The notes under the pieces: model-generated | The model's input: the letters and a program-made list of their open reading frames with translations, nothing else | Databases searched by the model: none | Told to the model about the DNA's origin: nothing | Source: Phoronis australis | Lineage: Eukaryota > Animalia > Phoronida | DNA: 64,000 nucleotides | NCBI GenBank assembly: GCA_002633005.1 | Contig: NMRA01000256.1 | Coordinates: forward strand, 344,120 to 408,119 | Reading direction: 5' to 3' | In this document: positions 62,320-64,000 of the stretch, in pieces | Layout of the letters: each line of letters starts with the position of its first letter | How positions within the stretch are numbered: the stretch's first letter is position 1 | Made by a program: the position numbers and the translations under genes

Positions 62320-64000
62320 TAAGAGGTGTTAATGATCGTCTAGACCAGGTCACCATTTCTCTTTCAATGTCTTTATTTTTGTTTTGATTAGTTCGACAAT
62401 TTCAGGTAGATCAACTCTAAAATTAATTCCTAAACAGGTAAAATGTGACGTTAGCCACAAACTTTTACGCCAATCCTCACACAATGCGTGACAATTTACA
62501 AAATTGGTCTAGAAGATCACCTCACGGCAAACTGAGAGCCCGACTGTGATCGAGCACTGCGCTTGGCACCTGTTTACAAGAGCGAGAGTCATCCCAACTC
62601 ACGCTTTACACTGGTTGTCATCTCATCCACACGCTTTTCGTTTGCCTTGCGCGCGAAACAGTTAAACTCTTCAGTGCAAACCGAAAATGCTGTCAACTTG
62701 CAACACTCTTTCTCATTGCTACGAAAGGTACCATCTGACACAGTGCCACCTATACTGAAAAGTGGCCCTGTAGAAACATGATGGGCGACACACGGAATTC
62801 CGTGTGTGGGCATCAATTTGCATGCCTGGTCGGAAGTTTATCGATTACATCGCCACCACTACCACACGTTCTATGCACCGTACCTCTTTGGGCTTAAAAG
62901 AGGCCTGAACTACATGTTTCAGCATTTTGATATGAATTTTTAAAGTATAAAGGTTGGTTACTGGCATCCTAAATAGTACACAGTATTTTTCTTTTTTTAC
63001 TTTGAAAAGTAAAAAATTATTAGTTCCTTAAAGCCCCACTGCAAGCGCTGTTTTTCGTGACGTCACTGAGGCTGTACAGCAAAAAGAGATATAGGTCATT
63101 AGCCGTGCGAATACGTAGTCCAGTCGACAGATCAACATGTGCATACTCACAACCTTTTTCGTTTTTCTTTCCTGTGACTTTGATTCATCCCAGGGCCAAG
63201 CCAGTCAGCTAGCTGTATGAAGACTATCTTCAAAATACAACCAGTAGCACTATGTTGAGCTCCGTTAGACTCCGAAATTTCACACACCGGGTAGTTCTGC
63301 TCGTCACCTCGTCGCGAAACTTATAGGCCTATCAACATGCAGAGCTCTAAACCGGCACTGGAGCGTGCAAATATCTGGGTGTCAACCGACACTCACCTTG
63401 CCCTCTGGAGCCATTTAAGTGAAAAACAATCAACTAAATGTTATTTTATTTCATAATTCTCAGCCTTTTGTAACAAAGAAAACCGTACGCTCAACACGCG
63501 CTATTTCTTAAAATTTTGCGACATCTGTCGGGAAATGTTGACAGCTTCGCAGGATCAAAATTTTTTATGAAATTCGGTATCGTGGTATTAAATTACTAAA
63601 AACGTGTAAGGAAATGAAATTAGCGCTAATAACTTGTTGTGACATGTACGCAACTTCGAAGAACAGTTCGATCGCTTAAGTTATACTTGGAAGAACAACT
63701 CGGAGAACGAAACTGGCCAATAAGGCAACAGGTGACGGCGCCGAAAGCCGACCTTAAAGAACGCACCCAAATTTTAGCAGCAGAGTGAACGGCAAAACGT
63801 CAATTTTTTTCAACACCATTAAATAATTTAGTTTACTCAAGGAAGAGTGTAATTTTTAATGACACTAATTTTGAGTCAGATTTTATTTGATCAGTTTTTA
63901 CCCACGTCGGTGCCGCTGTATATTTACTATACAGCTAACACCATGGCAAGACTCAATGCAGTCGCAGCCCTTCGTTTCTGGCCCGTGCCGAGAACGGCAT

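Overview
AT-rich, intron-rich animal genomic DNA, probably a marine invertebrate (species not determinable from sequence alone); no prokaryotic features. Two convergent protein-coding genes. (1) VPS51 (GARP/EARP subunit, Ang2/fat-free) on the + strand: 21 coding exons assembled by hand from ATG 2953 to 27646, 766 phase-consistent codons; the terminal exon could not be fixed. (2) A quiver/sleepless-like Ly6/uPAR three-finger protein with signal peptide and GPI-type tail on the - strand: 3 coding exons, 60483 to 49812, 163 aa. Introns and intergenic DNA hold many transposon relics: hAT-like elements with 5-bp TSDs, a PIF/Harbinger MITE, a THAP-carrying Kolobok-like element, a Tc1/mariner-type element, Helentron/DINE-like (HINE) repeats, a long-TIR element with an L1/Tx1-like fragment, and a DIRS RNase H fragment joined to a 5'-truncated HERO/R2-type retrotransposon. 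Best leads: a frame-preserving 36-nt candidate VPS51 cassette exon amid five TGCATG motifs, a GC-AG 5'UTR intron, the missing conserved VPS51 C-terminus, and the DIRS-HERO junction. I see no convincing wholly new biological system. All family assignments come from recalled motifs, not database searches.
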